Assembly (NCBI GenBank): GCA_963663865.1
Contig: OY760686.1
Coordinates: 640,001-704,000 of the forward strand
Direction: 5' to 3'
Origin: Spirochaetota bacterium
GTDB lineage: Bacteria; Spirochaetota; UBA4802; UBA5550
DNA: 64,000 nucleotides
The notes beneath the pieces were generated by a model. The model had not been told where the DNA came from, did not search any database, and was given only the letters and a program-made list of their open reading frames with translations. Every line of letters begins with the position of its first letter. The stretch's first letter is position 1. Of the stretch, positions 1 to 9,532 are shown one piece after another. A program made the position numbers and the translations under genes.

Positions 1-159
1 GTGTTTGAAGAGATAATAGTCGATATGGAATGGTTAAAATCTTTGATGAGCATTTTGGAAAGATCAAGAAATATTATAATGCATGGTGGACTTCTTGCAA
101 GGCAAGATATCGAACGTATAGGAATAAACATAAGAGATTGGGTAAGACAAGTTGGCTGA
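1..159 (+). CDS. 3' end of a HEPN-domain protein (Swt1-like), partial; probable gene cassette
   Basis: Frame 1 reads VFEEIIVDMEWLKSLMSILERSRNIIMHGGLLARQDIERIGINIRDWVRQVG* with HEPN RxxxxH motif (RNIIMH); followed by an attC-like site. Not in the ORF track. Confidence 0.65.
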   Translation: MFEEIIVDMEWLKSLMSILERSRNIIMHGGLLARQDIERIGINIRDWVRQVG

Positions 160-217
160 ATCAAGCTCCGCATCCGTGCTACGCTTGTACAAAACTTTTT
201 GTAATCGCGCTTTCAGC

Positions 218-315
218 ATATAACAAAGCTTACCCGCGGCGTTCGGAGTACCTCACTTGGGCTTCGCCACATTGCGCAAAAGGCCGCGCAACGTCGGGTA
301 AGCAAGACGTTATAC
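218..315 (+). mobile_element. attC-like integron cassette recombination site 1
   Basis: R'' ATATAAC (218-224), inner inverted repeat GCTTACCCG/CGGGTAAGC (228-236/295-303) extended with bulged bases, R' GTTATAC (309-315). Confidence 0.75.
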
Positions 316-357
316 ATCATTGCGAGTTAGTTATCTATTTATTAGGAGTTTGTTATA

Positions 358-1035
358 ATGAATACAACTCAGATAATTATTGAATTCATTAAAACTACAT
401 TTTCTGCGGCAACACTAATTATTGCCATATATGGAATAAATACATGGCGCAAACAGTTGAAAGGCACAAATGAATTTGAACTTTCAAAGGAAATATTGGA
501 AAATGTTTATAAAGTAAAAAGAGCTTTTGCTTATGTAAGAAACCCTGGAATTTATAAATCTGAATATCCAAAGGAACTCCAAGATATATTAACTTTAAAT
601 ACTGAACAAAAAGCTTATGCAACACAGTACTATTATAATAAACGATTAGAAATACTTCATAATGAGTTTGAAAAACTTGAAAATTCATTTTTAAAAGGAA
701 TTGTATTGTTTAATATTACTGATGAGATTATTTTGCCTTTACGGAAATGCAGAGCATCATTAATAATTGCATTGCAAGATCTTTACGAGTTTACTAAGAA
801 TCCTGAATATATGAGTTCCGACAGAATACATGATGTTTATAAAATCATATATGATAATTTAAGCTTAAATGAAGATGATAAAGATCAGTTCTCAAAATAT
901 GTAATAGAAGCAGTTGATTTGATGATTCATTGGTTAAAGCCGATGTTGTTAAAGTCAAAGATCAATAATAAAGAATTTCAAAATATTCTTAGAAGAACAA
1001 AAAGCTTTGAAATTATAATTCGCAACGACGTATAA
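358..1035 (+). CDS. Hypothetical cassette protein with N-terminal TM helix
   Basis: 225-aa AT-rich ORF, RBS AGGAG, lies between two attC-like sites, stop codon inside R'' of the second. Confidence 0.8.
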   Translation: MNTTQIIIEFIKTTFSAATLIIAIYGINTWRKQLKGTNEFELSKEILENVYKVKRAFAYVRNPGIYKSEYPKELQDILTLNTEQKAYATQYYYNKRLEILHNEFEKLENSFLKGIVLFNITDEIILPLRKCRASLIIALQDLYEFTKNPEYMSSDRIHDVYKIIYDNLSLNEDDKDQFSKYVIEAVDLMIHWLKPMLLKSKINNKEFQNILRRTKSFEIIIRNDV

Positions 1036-1099
1036 CTGCGGCTAAAAGCTGCGCTCCGGTTTGCTTCGCAAAAACGTCATTTAGCCGCGTTCGTTGTAC
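1030..1099 (+). mobile_element. attC-like integron cassette recombination site 2
   Basis: R'' GTATAAC (1030-1036) overlapping the TAA stop, inner repeat GCGGCTAAA/TTTAGCCGC (1038-1046/1080-1088), R' GTTGTAC (1093-1099). Confidence 0.75.
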
Positions 1100-1183
1100 G
1101 AAAGGCAGAGCGCCGTCTTATTGTGAAATGAAATATTTATTGTAGATGTATTTCTTAACCCCGCCCCAAGAACGCCCGCCGTC

Positions 1184-1202
1184 CACTTTGACAGGCTCAG
1201 TG
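1184..1202. repeat. Family B palindromic repeat, isolated copy
   Basis: CACTTTGACAGGCTCAGTG; core matches TTCGACAGGCTCA at 4289-4301 with one mismatch, closed by a stem. Confidence 0.55.
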
Positions 1203-1249
1203 CGGCGCGTGTGGCGCTCATGAAATGATAAGTTATGTATGGAGAAAAC

Positions 1250-3259
1250 ATGGCAAAGAATAAAGAAAACAATAATAACGAACCAATAGAAAAGCAGCTC
1301 TGGAAATCAGCTGACAAACTCAGAAAAAACATAGACGCTGCTGAATACAAACATGTTGTTCTCGGTTTAATATTCCTGAAATACATTTCAGACGCTTTCG
1401 AAGAACTGCATTCAAAATTGAAAAGCGGTAAAGGCGATTATGCCGGAGCAGACCCGGAAGATAAAGACGAATACAAAGCGGAAAATGTCTTCTTCGTGCC
1501 GGAGCTTGCCCGCTGGTCGTATCTGCAATCAAAAGCTAAACTTCCCACCATCGGCAAAGAAGTAGACAACGCTATGGATGCCATTGAGAAGGAAAACCCT
1601 TCTCTCAAAGATGTGCTTCCTAAAGTCTACGCCCGGGGTAACCTTGACCCGACAAGTCTCGGAGGTCTTATTGACCTGATTGCTAAAATCGCCCTTGGCG
1701 ACGCAAAAGCTCGCAGTGCTGATGTACTTGGTCATGTTTTTGAATATTTTCTCGGAGAATTCGCCCTTGCCGAAGGTAAAAAGGGAGGCCAGTTCTATAC
1801 TCCCAGAAGTGTTGTCGAGCTCCTGGTCGAGATGCTTGAGCCCTTCAAGGGCCGGGTCTTTGATCCCTGTTGCGGTTCGGGTGGTATGTTCGTGCAGTCG
1901 GAGAAGTTCGTAGCGGAACATCGGGGTCGCCTTGATGACATTGCCATTTATGGGCAGGAGAGCAACCAGACGACCTGGCGCTTGTGCAAGATGAATCTTG
2001 CGATCCGGGGTATCGACAGTTCCATGGTCAAGTGGAACAACGAGGGTTCGTTTCTGAACGACGCGCACAAGGATCTCAAGGCGGACTTCATTATCGCGAA
2101 TCCCCCGTTCAATGTAAGCGACTGGTCGGGCGAGTTGTTGCGAAACGACGGCCGCTGGAAGTTCGGTACTCCTCCGGCGGGGAATGCGAACTATGCCTGG
2201 ATTCAGCATTTTCTTTATCATTTGAGTCCCAGCGGTATTGCCGGTTTTGTTTTGGCAAAAGGTTCTCTTACCTCTAAAAGTTCCGGTGAAGGAGAAATCC
2301 GCAAGGCATTGGTTGAAGCGAGGCTGGTTGACTGTATTGTTAATCTTCCGGCAAAGCTGTTTTTGAATACGCAGATTCCGGCGAGTCTGTGGTTTTTAAG
2401 AAGAGCCCCTCAGTCCCCTAAAGGGGATGAAAGAAATGAGATTCTTTTTATTGATGCCCGCAACCAAGGTCATTTGATCAATAGACGCACACGGGAACTT
2501 TCACATGAAGATATCCAGAAGATTGCCTCAACCTATCGTGCATGGAAGGCCCCCCGGCCCCCTGAAGGGGGAGTAGAAGGGAAGAAGCCTTCGGTGTTAC
2601 ATTCTGCGGATACGGCTTTTTATAGACAGCTTGAACAAAAAGCAAAGGAAATGCGTGCTCATCCAACAGAAGCCGAACGCTTGCTATGGGAGAAATTGAG
2701 CAACAAACAGCTTGGTGTCAAATTCAGGCAACAGCATGTGATCAATAAGTTTGTCGTAGATTTTTGTTCTATTGAAAAAGCACTGGTTATTGAAGTTGAT
2801 GGAGAAATACATGATACACAGAGAGAAAGAGATGAGGAAAGAACCAAAATACTTCAGGATGAAGGATATTCAATAATCAGATTAAAGAATAATGAAGTGA
2901 TCAATAATATTGAAAAGGTCATTGATAGTATCAAAAAATCTCTCCAAGCCCCCCGGCCCCCTGAAGGGGGAGACAAAAAAGGGAGTGATGCTCCCATGTC
3001 CCCTTTAGGGGATTTAGGGGCCTATGAAGATATAAAAGGTTTCTGCAACTCAGCGTCGATAGAACGTGTCAGGGAACTTGATTATGTGCTCACTCCCGGA
3101 AGATATGTCGGTCTTCCGGATGATGAGGATGACTTTGATTTCAAGGAGCGGTTTACTGCTCTTAAGCAGGAATTCATGGAGCAGTTGGAAGAAGAGAAGA
3201 TACTGAACAACCTGATACTTGAGAATCTTGAAAAGGTGAAATTTACACCAGGCTCATGA
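1250..3259 (+). CDS. hsdM: Type I R-M methyltransferase subunit with in-frame DUF559 insertion
   Basis: [10 protein letters not shown]-terminus, [14 protein letters not shown] (SAM binding), NPPF catalytic motif, LTPGRYVG; ATG 1250 preceded by GGAG. Confidence 0.97.
   Translation: MAKNKENNNNEPIEKQLWKSADKLRKNIDAAEYKHVVLGLIFLKYISDAFEELHSKLKSGKGDYAGADPEDKDEYKAENVFFVPELARWSYLQSKAKLPTIGKEVDNAMDAIEKENPSLKDVLPKVYARGNLDPTSLGGLIDLIAKIALGDAKARSADVLGHVFEYFLGEFALAEGKKGGQFYTPRSVVELLVEMLEPFKGRVFDPCCGSGGMFVQSEKFVAEHRGRLDDIAIYGQESNQTTWRLCKMNLAIRGIDSSMVKWNNEGSFLNDAHKDLKADFIIANPPFNVSDWSGELLRNDGRWKFGTPPAGNANYAWIQHFLYHLSPSGIAGFVLAKGSLTSKSSGEGEIRKALVEARLVDCIVNLPAKLFLNTQIPASLWFLRRAPQSPKGDERNEILFIDARNQGHLINRRTRELSHEDIQKIASTYRAWKAPRPPEGGVEGKKPSVLHSADTAFYRQLEQKAKEMRAHPTEAERLLWEKLSNKQLGVKFRQQHVINKFVVDFCSIEKALVIEVDGEIHDTQRERDEERTKILQDEGYSIIRLKNNEVINNIEKVIDSIKKSLQAPRPPEGGDKKGSDAPMSPLGDLGAYEDIKGFCNSASIERVRELDYVLTPGRYVGLPDDEDDFDFKERFTALKQEFMEQLEEEKILNNLILENLEKVKFTPGS
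2549..3022 (+). mobile_element. In-frame DUF559 (Vsr-like endonuclease) insert bounded by family A repeats
   Basis: Encodes [42 protein letters not shown]; identical 25-bp direct repeats at 2549-2573 and 2948-2972 and an inverted copy at 2999-3021; interrupts the HsdM segment YRAWK|YEDIKGFC. Confidence 0.85.
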
Positions 3260-3615
3260 TGGAGGCTGATTTGAAAGGATGGATGTACATTCTGGAATGC
3301 TCTGACGGGAGTTATTATACCGGCAGTACCAATAATCTGGAAAAACGCATCAGTCAGCATCAAAGCGGTGAGGGTTCAAATCACACGAAGAAACGCCTGC
3401 CTGTAAGGCTTGTGTATTTTGAGGAATATTCGAGAATTGATGAAGCTTTTTACAGGGAAAAAAAGATACAGGGATGGAATCGAGCCAAAAAGAAGGCACT
3501 AATTGATGGAGATAATGATCTGTTGCCTGAGCTGGCTAAGGCGTATAGGGATAGAGCCGGTGGCTTCGAGGGCCTCAGCCACCGCCGAGAGCCTCAGCCA
3601 CCGTCGAGAGACTGA
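3256..3615 (+). CDS. GIY-YIG nuclease family protein (UPF0213-like)
   Basis: [43 protein letters not shown]; ATGA overlap with hsdM stop. Confidence 0.92.
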   Translation: MMEADLKGWMYILECSDGSYYTGSTNNLEKRISQHQSGEGSNHTKKRLPVRLVYFEEYSRIDEAFYREKKIQGWNRAKKKALIDGDNDLLPELAKAYRDRAGGFEGLSHRREPQPPSRD

Positions 3616-3711
3616 AGAGCAGTGAGAGGAAGCGTGGCTTCGAGAGCCTCAGCCACCGTTGAGGGACTCAGCCACCGTCGTGGTTCGCTGCCTGAGGCTC
3701 TCGAAGGCAGC
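3558..3711. repeat. Family B repeat cluster (GTGGCTTCGAGAGCCTCAGCCACCG-like), 5 copies
   Basis: Copies at 3558-3584, 3586-3603 (partial), 3634-3658, 3661-3677 (partial) and inverted copy 3687-3711. Confidence 0.88.
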
Positions 3712-3724
3712 GGGAGGAATTATC

Positions 3725-4282
3725 ATGCCGGACAGCGAAGTTAAAACGATTAGTGATCTTATTTTCTATCAGTACGCCAAAATAATCGCCAAAAGCGCAA
3801 TGGGGCCAGACGCGAAGAAAAAAGCCTACGGGTTTATTAAAATAAAATTCCGGGAACTGAGGGATGATGAGATGAAATGGTCTGACATCCTGCGGGAGGA
3901 CAAACAGCTTGTCGATGCTGAGAAAAAATGCGCTTACTGCGCTTCAACCGAAAACCTTCAGTGGGAGCATATCGTTCCCAGGTCGCTGTCAATAAACGAA
4001 AGATGTTCTTCGTGTGAACATATTCAGGGGATTCATAATCAGATTCTGGCGTGTAAAACGTGTAATACGCGAAAGGGAACAAAGGGGATGTATCGTTTTA
4101 TGAAGGAGATGTATCCGGATGCCAAACCATTTTCTGACATTATCGCGCCGCTTCTTGAGAAGAAGTATCTGAAGACAATATGGCACTGTCATATATGCAA
4201 CGGAACGGTGGAATGGGACGGCAGCGGCCGGTCACTGGATGTGTTTGACCTTGATTTTCCATGCGAAGGAGGGGGAAGATGA
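3725..4282 (+). CDS. HNH endonuclease
   Basis: CAYC..EHIVPRS..N.ILACKTCNTRKG; ATG 3725 with RBS GGGAGGA; the upstream extension in the ORF track is repeat sequence. Confidence 0.85.
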   Translation: MPDSEVKTISDLIFYQYAKIIAKSAMGPDAKKKAYGFIKIKFRELRDDEMKWSDILREDKQLVDAEKKCAYCASTENLQWEHIVPRSLSINERCSSCEHIQGIHNQILACKTCNTRKGTKGMYRFMKEMYPDAKPFSDIIAPLLEKKYLKTIWHCHICNGTVEWDGSGRSLDVFDLDFPCEGGGR

Positions 4283-5505
4283 AAGTGGTTCGACAGGCTC
4301 ACCAACCGTGGAAGGAATGTAAATTGGGGGATGCACCTTTAGAAATCATAGATGGCGATAGGGGCAAAAATTATCCTTCACAAAATGAATTTTCAAAAAA
4401 TGGTCATTGTTTATTTTTAAACACAAAAAATGTAAAAGAAAATGGTTTCGATTTTTCTGATTGCCAATTCATATCAGAGGAACGAGATAAAATGTTGCGT
4501 AAAGGCAAAATAAATAGAAATGATCTTGTTTTGACGACACGAGGGACGATTGGGAATATCGGCTTTTATAATCGTAACGTGTTATTTGATAGAATTCGTA
4601 TAAATTCAGGAATGGTAATTATTAGACCTGATACTCATGAATTATTACCTGAATTTAACTATTATTTATTTAGAAAAATGCAAAATGATTTCCACGTTTA
4701 TGTTTCTGGTAGTGCTCAACCGCAATTACCGATTAAAGATTTGAATGAAATGACCATTTTTCTCCCCCCGCTCCCTGAACAAAAGGCCATTGCAGGCGTG
4801 CTATCCAGCCTTGACGACAAGATTGATCTATTACACCGGCAGAATAAAACCCTGGAGGCAATGGCCGAGGCGATGTTCAGGAAGTGGTTTGTGGAGCCGT
4901 GCAAGGACGGGCTGCCGGAAGGGTGGGAGGAAGGTGCAGTTTTAAAATATTGCGATCACTGTAAAATATCTCTCAATCCACAAGCCTATCCTGATAGGGG
5001 ATTTATACATTTTAGTATCCCATCATTTGACGATAATAAGAATCCCGTAATTGAAAAAGGTTCACAGATACAGAGTAACAAATACATCATTTCCCCTAAT
5101 TGCATATTATTTTCAAAATTAAATCCTAATAAAACTAAGCGAGTCTGGCTTATTCTTAATGAATTAGATAATAATTCTATTTGTTCGACTGAGTTCCAGG
5201 TCGTAAAACCAAAGGATAAAAAATATCTATATTTCTTGTTCGGCTGGCTTACTATCGCACAAAATTATAAAGAAATTGCATCCGGTGTTGGTGGCACAAG
5301 TGGCAGTCATCAACGTATTGATCCAACAGATATTTTTTTATTTAACAGTCCAGTTATACCAGATGAATATATTGAAAAATATAATTTGTTTATTCAACCT
5401 ATATTTAGAAAAATACATGAGAATCGGAAACAAATATTTATTATTGAAAATTACCGCAATGTTCTTTTGCCAAAGTTGATGAGCGGAGAAGTAAGGATTG
5501 ATTAA
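4279..5505 (+). CDS. hsdS: Type I R-M specificity subunit
   Basis: WKECKLGD, GSAQPQL, LPPLPEQKAIAGVLSSLDDKI, LPEGWEEG, LLPKLMSGE; two TRDs; ATGA overlap with HNH stop. Confidence 0.96.
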   Translation: MKVVRQAHQPWKECKLGDAPLEIIDGDRGKNYPSQNEFSKNGHCLFLNTKNVKENGFDFSDCQFISEERDKMLRKGKINRNDLVLTTRGTIGNIGFYNRNVLFDRIRINSGMVIIRPDTHELLPEFNYYLFRKMQNDFHVYVSGSAQPQLPIKDLNEMTIFLPPLPEQKAIAGVLSSLDDKIDLLHRQNKTLEAMAEAMFRKWFVEPCKDGLPEGWEEGAVLKYCDHCKISLNPQAYPDRGFIHFSIPSFDDNKNPVIEKGSQIQSNKYIISPNCILFSKLNPNKTKRVWLILNELDNNSICSTEFQVVKPKDKKYLYFLFGWLTIAQNYKEIASGVGGTSGSHQRIDPTDIFLFNSPVIPDEYIEKYNLFIQPIFRKIHENRKQIFIIENYRNVLLPKLMSGEVRID

Positions 5506-5527
5506 AACATTACAATAGGTGAGCGAA

Positions 5528-8086
5528 ATGAATAATAGTCCTGAATTGAAATTGTTTATTAGTTATTCTCATGCAGATCATGTACATGTTGATAAATTTA
5601 GAAGGCATATTGCACCATTGAAAAGCAATGGTTTGATAAAGGACTGGATTGATAGAGAAATAATCGCTGGAGAAGAATTTCAGAACAGCATTGATAATAA
5701 TCTTGAAGATGCTGATATTATATGTTTGTTCATTTCAGCAAACTTTTTATCTTCAAATTCATGTGATAAAGAAAAAATTGATGCATATGAGCTTAATCGT
5801 AAAAAGGGAGTTTCTGTTGTGCCGGTAATATTATCAGAATGTGGTTGGTTGGATGTTAAAGATTTGTCAAAAAAACTTGCTCTTCCAGAAGATGGTAAGG
5901 CTGTTACTAAATTTGATGATGAAAATTCAGGATGGCATAATGTTTATGAAGGCCTAAAGAAAGTAATTGAGAGTGAAAATCTATTAAGGGGAATAAAAGT
6001 TAGCGAAAAATTTAATTTATTTCTAAATGATGCTGAGTTGTTAACAAAAGCTCATTCAAAAAAAGAAGAAATAAAAATAGATGACATATATATTTATCCG
6101 GATTTGTTGAAATATGATGAGATTAGAGGTGTTGAGAAAAAAATAAATGCAGAAGATGTTATTGTTGAAATATTTGAATATAATAAGATCTTAATTGCTG
6201 GAGAAAATCAATCAGGTAAAACTACACTTTGTAAAGTTATTTATAAAAATTTATTCAGTAAAAAATATTATCCAATTTACCTTTCTGATGAAAAATATGA
6301 TGGCCAATTGATAAATAAAATAAAGAAAGAATTTGAAAAACAATATCAAGGATGTTCCTATGATTTAATTTGCAAGTCTAATCGTATTGTAGTAATAGTA
6401 GATAATTTTCATCATGTTTTACAAAAAGATAGAATTATTGATGAGTTATCTACCTTTGATAATCAGTTATTAATTGTCGATGAAATATTTAGCTTAAACA
6501 TCAGAGATGAGAATATATCAAAAAATTATAAGAATTATAAAATTAAAGAATTTAATCCAATTTTGCGAAATGAATTAATTAAAAAATGGATTTGTCTTGA
6601 TGGAACTTTTATTCACCGCTGTCATGACAATGAATTATATAAATCTCTTGATGATGCAACCGAGTTGGTCAATTCGACTTTAGGTAAAGTAATAAATAGT
6701 GGAATAATGCCATCCTACCCGTTTTTTATATTATCTGTATTAAGTACATATGAATCATTTGCAAAACCACTTGATCAGGAAATAACTTCGCAAGGATATT
6801 GTTATCAATCATTGATTTATTTATATCTAAGGAAATCAGGAGTTAAGACTGATGAAATCGATACTTATGTAAATTTTTTGTCGGTAATAGCTCATCAAAT
6901 ATTTAAAATGAAATTAAATGAATTAAATTTGGAACAATTTAATTCATTTATTGACTCATATAATGTACAATATAATCTTTCTGTTAACTTAACTAAATTA
7001 TTACATCATCTTAAGCTGACAAAAATATTCTCTCAAAATAGCTGCGGAAATTATTGCTTTGTCTACCCATATCTTTACTACTATTTTGTAGCAAAGTATT
7101 TAGCTGAGCACCTTGAACAAAATAAAGAAATAATTAATCGTATTTGTGCAAATTTGCATGTTGATGTAAATGCATACATAGCAATTTTTATTACTCATCA
7201 TACAAAAAATGATTGTGTGCTCGAAGAAATTGTTTTGAATTCTACCGATTTATTTTATGACAATAAACCAGCTGACCTTTCATTAGATGAATTATCTTTT
7301 TTTGATGATGAAATTGAAACATTAATAAGTGCTGCATTGCCAGCAGATTATTCTAATCCGGAGGCAGCTAGACAAAAGCGCCTTGAGTTGCAAGACAAAA
7401 TTGAACAGGATCAGGCTGGTGGTGATAAGGAAGAGTTAAATGATGAATTCGCTATCGAGTTGAGACGTAGTATTAAAACTGTTGAGGTAATGGGTAGTAT
7501 CGTAAAAAACAGGGCAGGTTCATTAAAGAAAAAGCGTATCGAAGAGATAATAAATGAAAGTATGGATGTTCATTTAAGGATTTTATTTTCTTTCTTTGAA
7601 TTTATTCGAGATAAAAATCAACAATCAAATATGATTGCTTATCTTTCATCTCGAATTAATGAATTTATATCTGACCAAGAAAAGAAACCTAGTGAAGAGA
7701 AATTAAAAAAGATTGCTCATAAAATATTCTGGAATTTAAATTACTCTGTTATTTATTCATTAATAAATGTTATTATAAACTCAATTGGTTCAGATAAATT
7801 ACAAAGTATAATAAACAAAATTTGTGATATAAAAAATACTCCAGCATCTTTTTTAATAAAGCATGGAACTCTTATGTGGTTTTCAAAAAATATACTTGTT
7901 GATGAAATGGCTGATAGAATTAAGGAAAATGATTTTTCAAAAACATCAATAAAAATTCTTAATCATCTGGTAGTAAATCACTGTTCGTTACATTCTATAG
8001 ATTTCAAGGAGAAGCAAAAAATATCTTTAAAGTTAGGTATTCCAATAAAAAGCTTACTAAGTATTCAAATGCAACGGAATCAGTAA
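5528..8086 (+). CDS. TIR domain + STAND/NACHT-like P-loop NTPase, putative defence protein
   Basis: N-terminal FISYSHAD..WIDREI.AG..ADII.LFISANFL.S.SCDKE (TIR); Walker A GENQSGKT, Walker B IVVIVD; very AT-rich. Start ATG 5528 or GTG 5519. Confidence 0.85.
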   Translation: MNNSPELKLFISYSHADHVHVDKFRRHIAPLKSNGLIKDWIDREIIAGEEFQNSIDNNLEDADIICLFISANFLSSNSCDKEKIDAYELNRKKGVSVVPVILSECGWLDVKDLSKKLALPEDGKAVTKFDDENSGWHNVYEGLKKVIESENLLRGIKVSEKFNLFLNDAELLTKAHSKKEEIKIDDIYIYPDLLKYDEIRGVEKKINAEDVIVEIFEYNKILIAGENQSGKTTLCKVIYKNLFSKKYYPIYLSDEKYDGQLINKIKKEFEKQYQGCSYDLICKSNRIVVIVDNFHHVLQKDRIIDELSTFDNQLLIVDEIFSLNIRDENISKNYKNYKIKEFNPILRNELIKKWICLDGTFIHRCHDNELYKSLDDATELVNSTLGKVINSGIMPSYPFFILSVLSTYESFAKPLDQEITSQGYCYQSLIYLYLRKSGVKTDEIDTYVNFLSVIAHQIFKMKLNELNLEQFNSFIDSYNVQYNLSVNLTKLLHHLKLTKIFSQNSCGNYCFVYPYLYYYFVAKYLAEHLEQNKEIINRICANLHVDVNAYIAIFITHHTKNDCVLEEIVLNSTDLFYDNKPADLSLDELSFFDDEIETLISAALPADYSNPEAARQKRLELQDKIEQDQAGGDKEELNDEFAIELRRSIKTVEVMGSIVKNRAGSLKKKRIEEIINESMDVHLRILFSFFEFIRDKNQQSNMIAYLSSRINEFISDQEKKPSEEKLKKIAHKIFWNLNYSVIYSLINVIINSIGSDKLQSIINKICDIKNTPASFLIKHGTLMWFSKNILVDEMADRIKENDFSKTSIKILNHLVVNHCSLHSIDFKEKQKISLKLGIPIKSLLSIQMQRNQ

Positions 8087-8114
8087 GAACTAGACAGTGG
8101 AATTATTAATTACC

Positions 8115-8267
8115 ATGACCACTAAAATCACCGAATCCTCCATCGACTCCTTCTCCCTCAATCTCCTTGAGAGGCAGTGCTTTCAGTATTTCTACAGCCA
8201 TTTCGGCGCGTCGGTCGACGATGACCTGTTTCCCGGCAGTTCTGACAGAGGTTTAAGCCATGACTGA
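8115..8267 (+). pseudogene. Degenerate hsdR 5' fragment 1
   Basis: MTTKITESSIDSFSLNLLERQCFQYFYS aligns with HsdR start MTTSKITESAIETFAIELLVKHGYHYIYG. Confidence 0.7.
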
Positions 8268-9256
8268 CAATATGACAGATTTTCTTCTCTACAACAGCCC
8301 TGACGGAAGCATTAAGGTCGAGGTTTTTGTTCAGGACGAAACCGTATGGCTCACTCAAAAACGAATGGCTCTTCTGTTTTCAGTTGATGTCCGTACGGTA
8401 AGCGAACACCTTCGCAATATATTCAGCAGCAACGAGCTGGATGAAGCCTCAACTATCCGGAAAATCCGGACAGTTCAAAAAGAAGGTTCGCGCGATGTTT
8501 CACGGGAGCTTGACTATTATTCCCTGGATGCTATCATCGCGGTCGGTTATCGGGTTAATTCCTACCAGGCAACGCGATTTCGCGTATGGGCCACAAAAAT
8601 CCTGAAAGAATTCATAATTAAAGGTTTTGTTCTGGATGATGAACGCCTCAAACGGGGAAAAACTGTTTTCGGAAAAGATTATTTTGATGAGCTTCTGGAA
8701 CGCGTCCGCGAAATACGTGCAAGTGAACGGCGATTCTATCAAAAAATTACAGATATATATGAGCTGGCTGCTGATTACGATAAGAACGCTCCGATTACAA
8801 AAGATTTTTTTTCAGCAGTACAGAACAAACTCCACTGGGCTATAACCGGCAAGACAGCGGCTGAAATCATTTATGATTCAGCGGATTCAGCGAAAATCTA
8901 CATGGGTCTTACCAGTTGGAGGCATGCTCCGGAAGGGAAAATATTAAAATCTGACGTCAATGTCGCTAAAAATTATCTTAATAAAGCTCATATGGATGAA
9001 CAGAATAGTCTCGGCTTATCTTGATCTTGCAGAAAACCAGGCAAGGCGTCAGATAGTCACGCGGATGAAAGACTGGGTCCAATATCTGGACAAATTTCTG
9101 GCTCTTTCAGATTATCCCATCCTGTTGGAGAAGGGTAAAGTCTCAGCTCTGGAAGCGAAAATTAAAGCGGAAGCCGAATACGATAAATTTCGAGTGATCC
9201 AGGATAAACAGTACATATCCGATTTTGACGAAGAAGTCAGAAAACTGATTGGGTAA
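8260..9256 (+). pseudogene. RhuM-family protein, frameshifted near 9000
   Basis: ETVWLTQKRMA.LF, IIAVGYRVNS..AT.FR.WAT, IRASERRFYQKITDIY; C-terminus continues in another frame (NRIVSAYLDLAE..). Confidence 0.85.
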
Positions 9257-9418
9257 GAAACAGGCGGTAACAATGACGACATCTAAAATAACTGAATCCG
9301 CCATTGAAACCTTTGCTATCGAACTTCTCGAAAAACACAGCTATCAATATATCTACTGCCCTGATATTGCACCGGACAGCGAAAATGAATCCACACCCCC
9401 TTCAGGGGGACGGGGGGC
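9065..9418 (+). repeat. ~354-bp near-identical direct repeat, copy 1 (copy 2 at 10364-10717)
   Basis: rhuM 3' end plus hsdR 5' end duplicated at constant offset 1299; similarity stops at the end of a family A repeat. Confidence 0.92.
9273..9418 (+). pseudogene. hsdR 5' fragment 2
   Basis: [49 protein letters not shown], nearly identical to the HsdR N-terminus, then diverges. Confidence 0.85.
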
Positions 9419-9532
9419 TTCAGGTGAGGCAGACAATAAACTTTCAGAATATCAAGTATGCGCAAGTTTCGTACATACCATCAACTTATCAGTTAACTGC
9501 CGAGGAATTCTCGGCGGTTGAAGGAAAATAAA

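Noticed and set aside
30-383. 117-aa ORF from the track
   Set aside because: Out of frame with the HEPN-like gene and runs through the attC site; no recognisable motifs.
2549-3022. DUF559 insert as an intein
   Set aside because: No N-terminal Cys/Ser or C-terminal His-Asn splice motifs and no HINT blocks visible.
3558-3711. Repeat cluster as a mini CRISPR array
   Set aside because: Spacing is irregular (1-30 bp), some copies are partial or inverted, and no cas genes are present.
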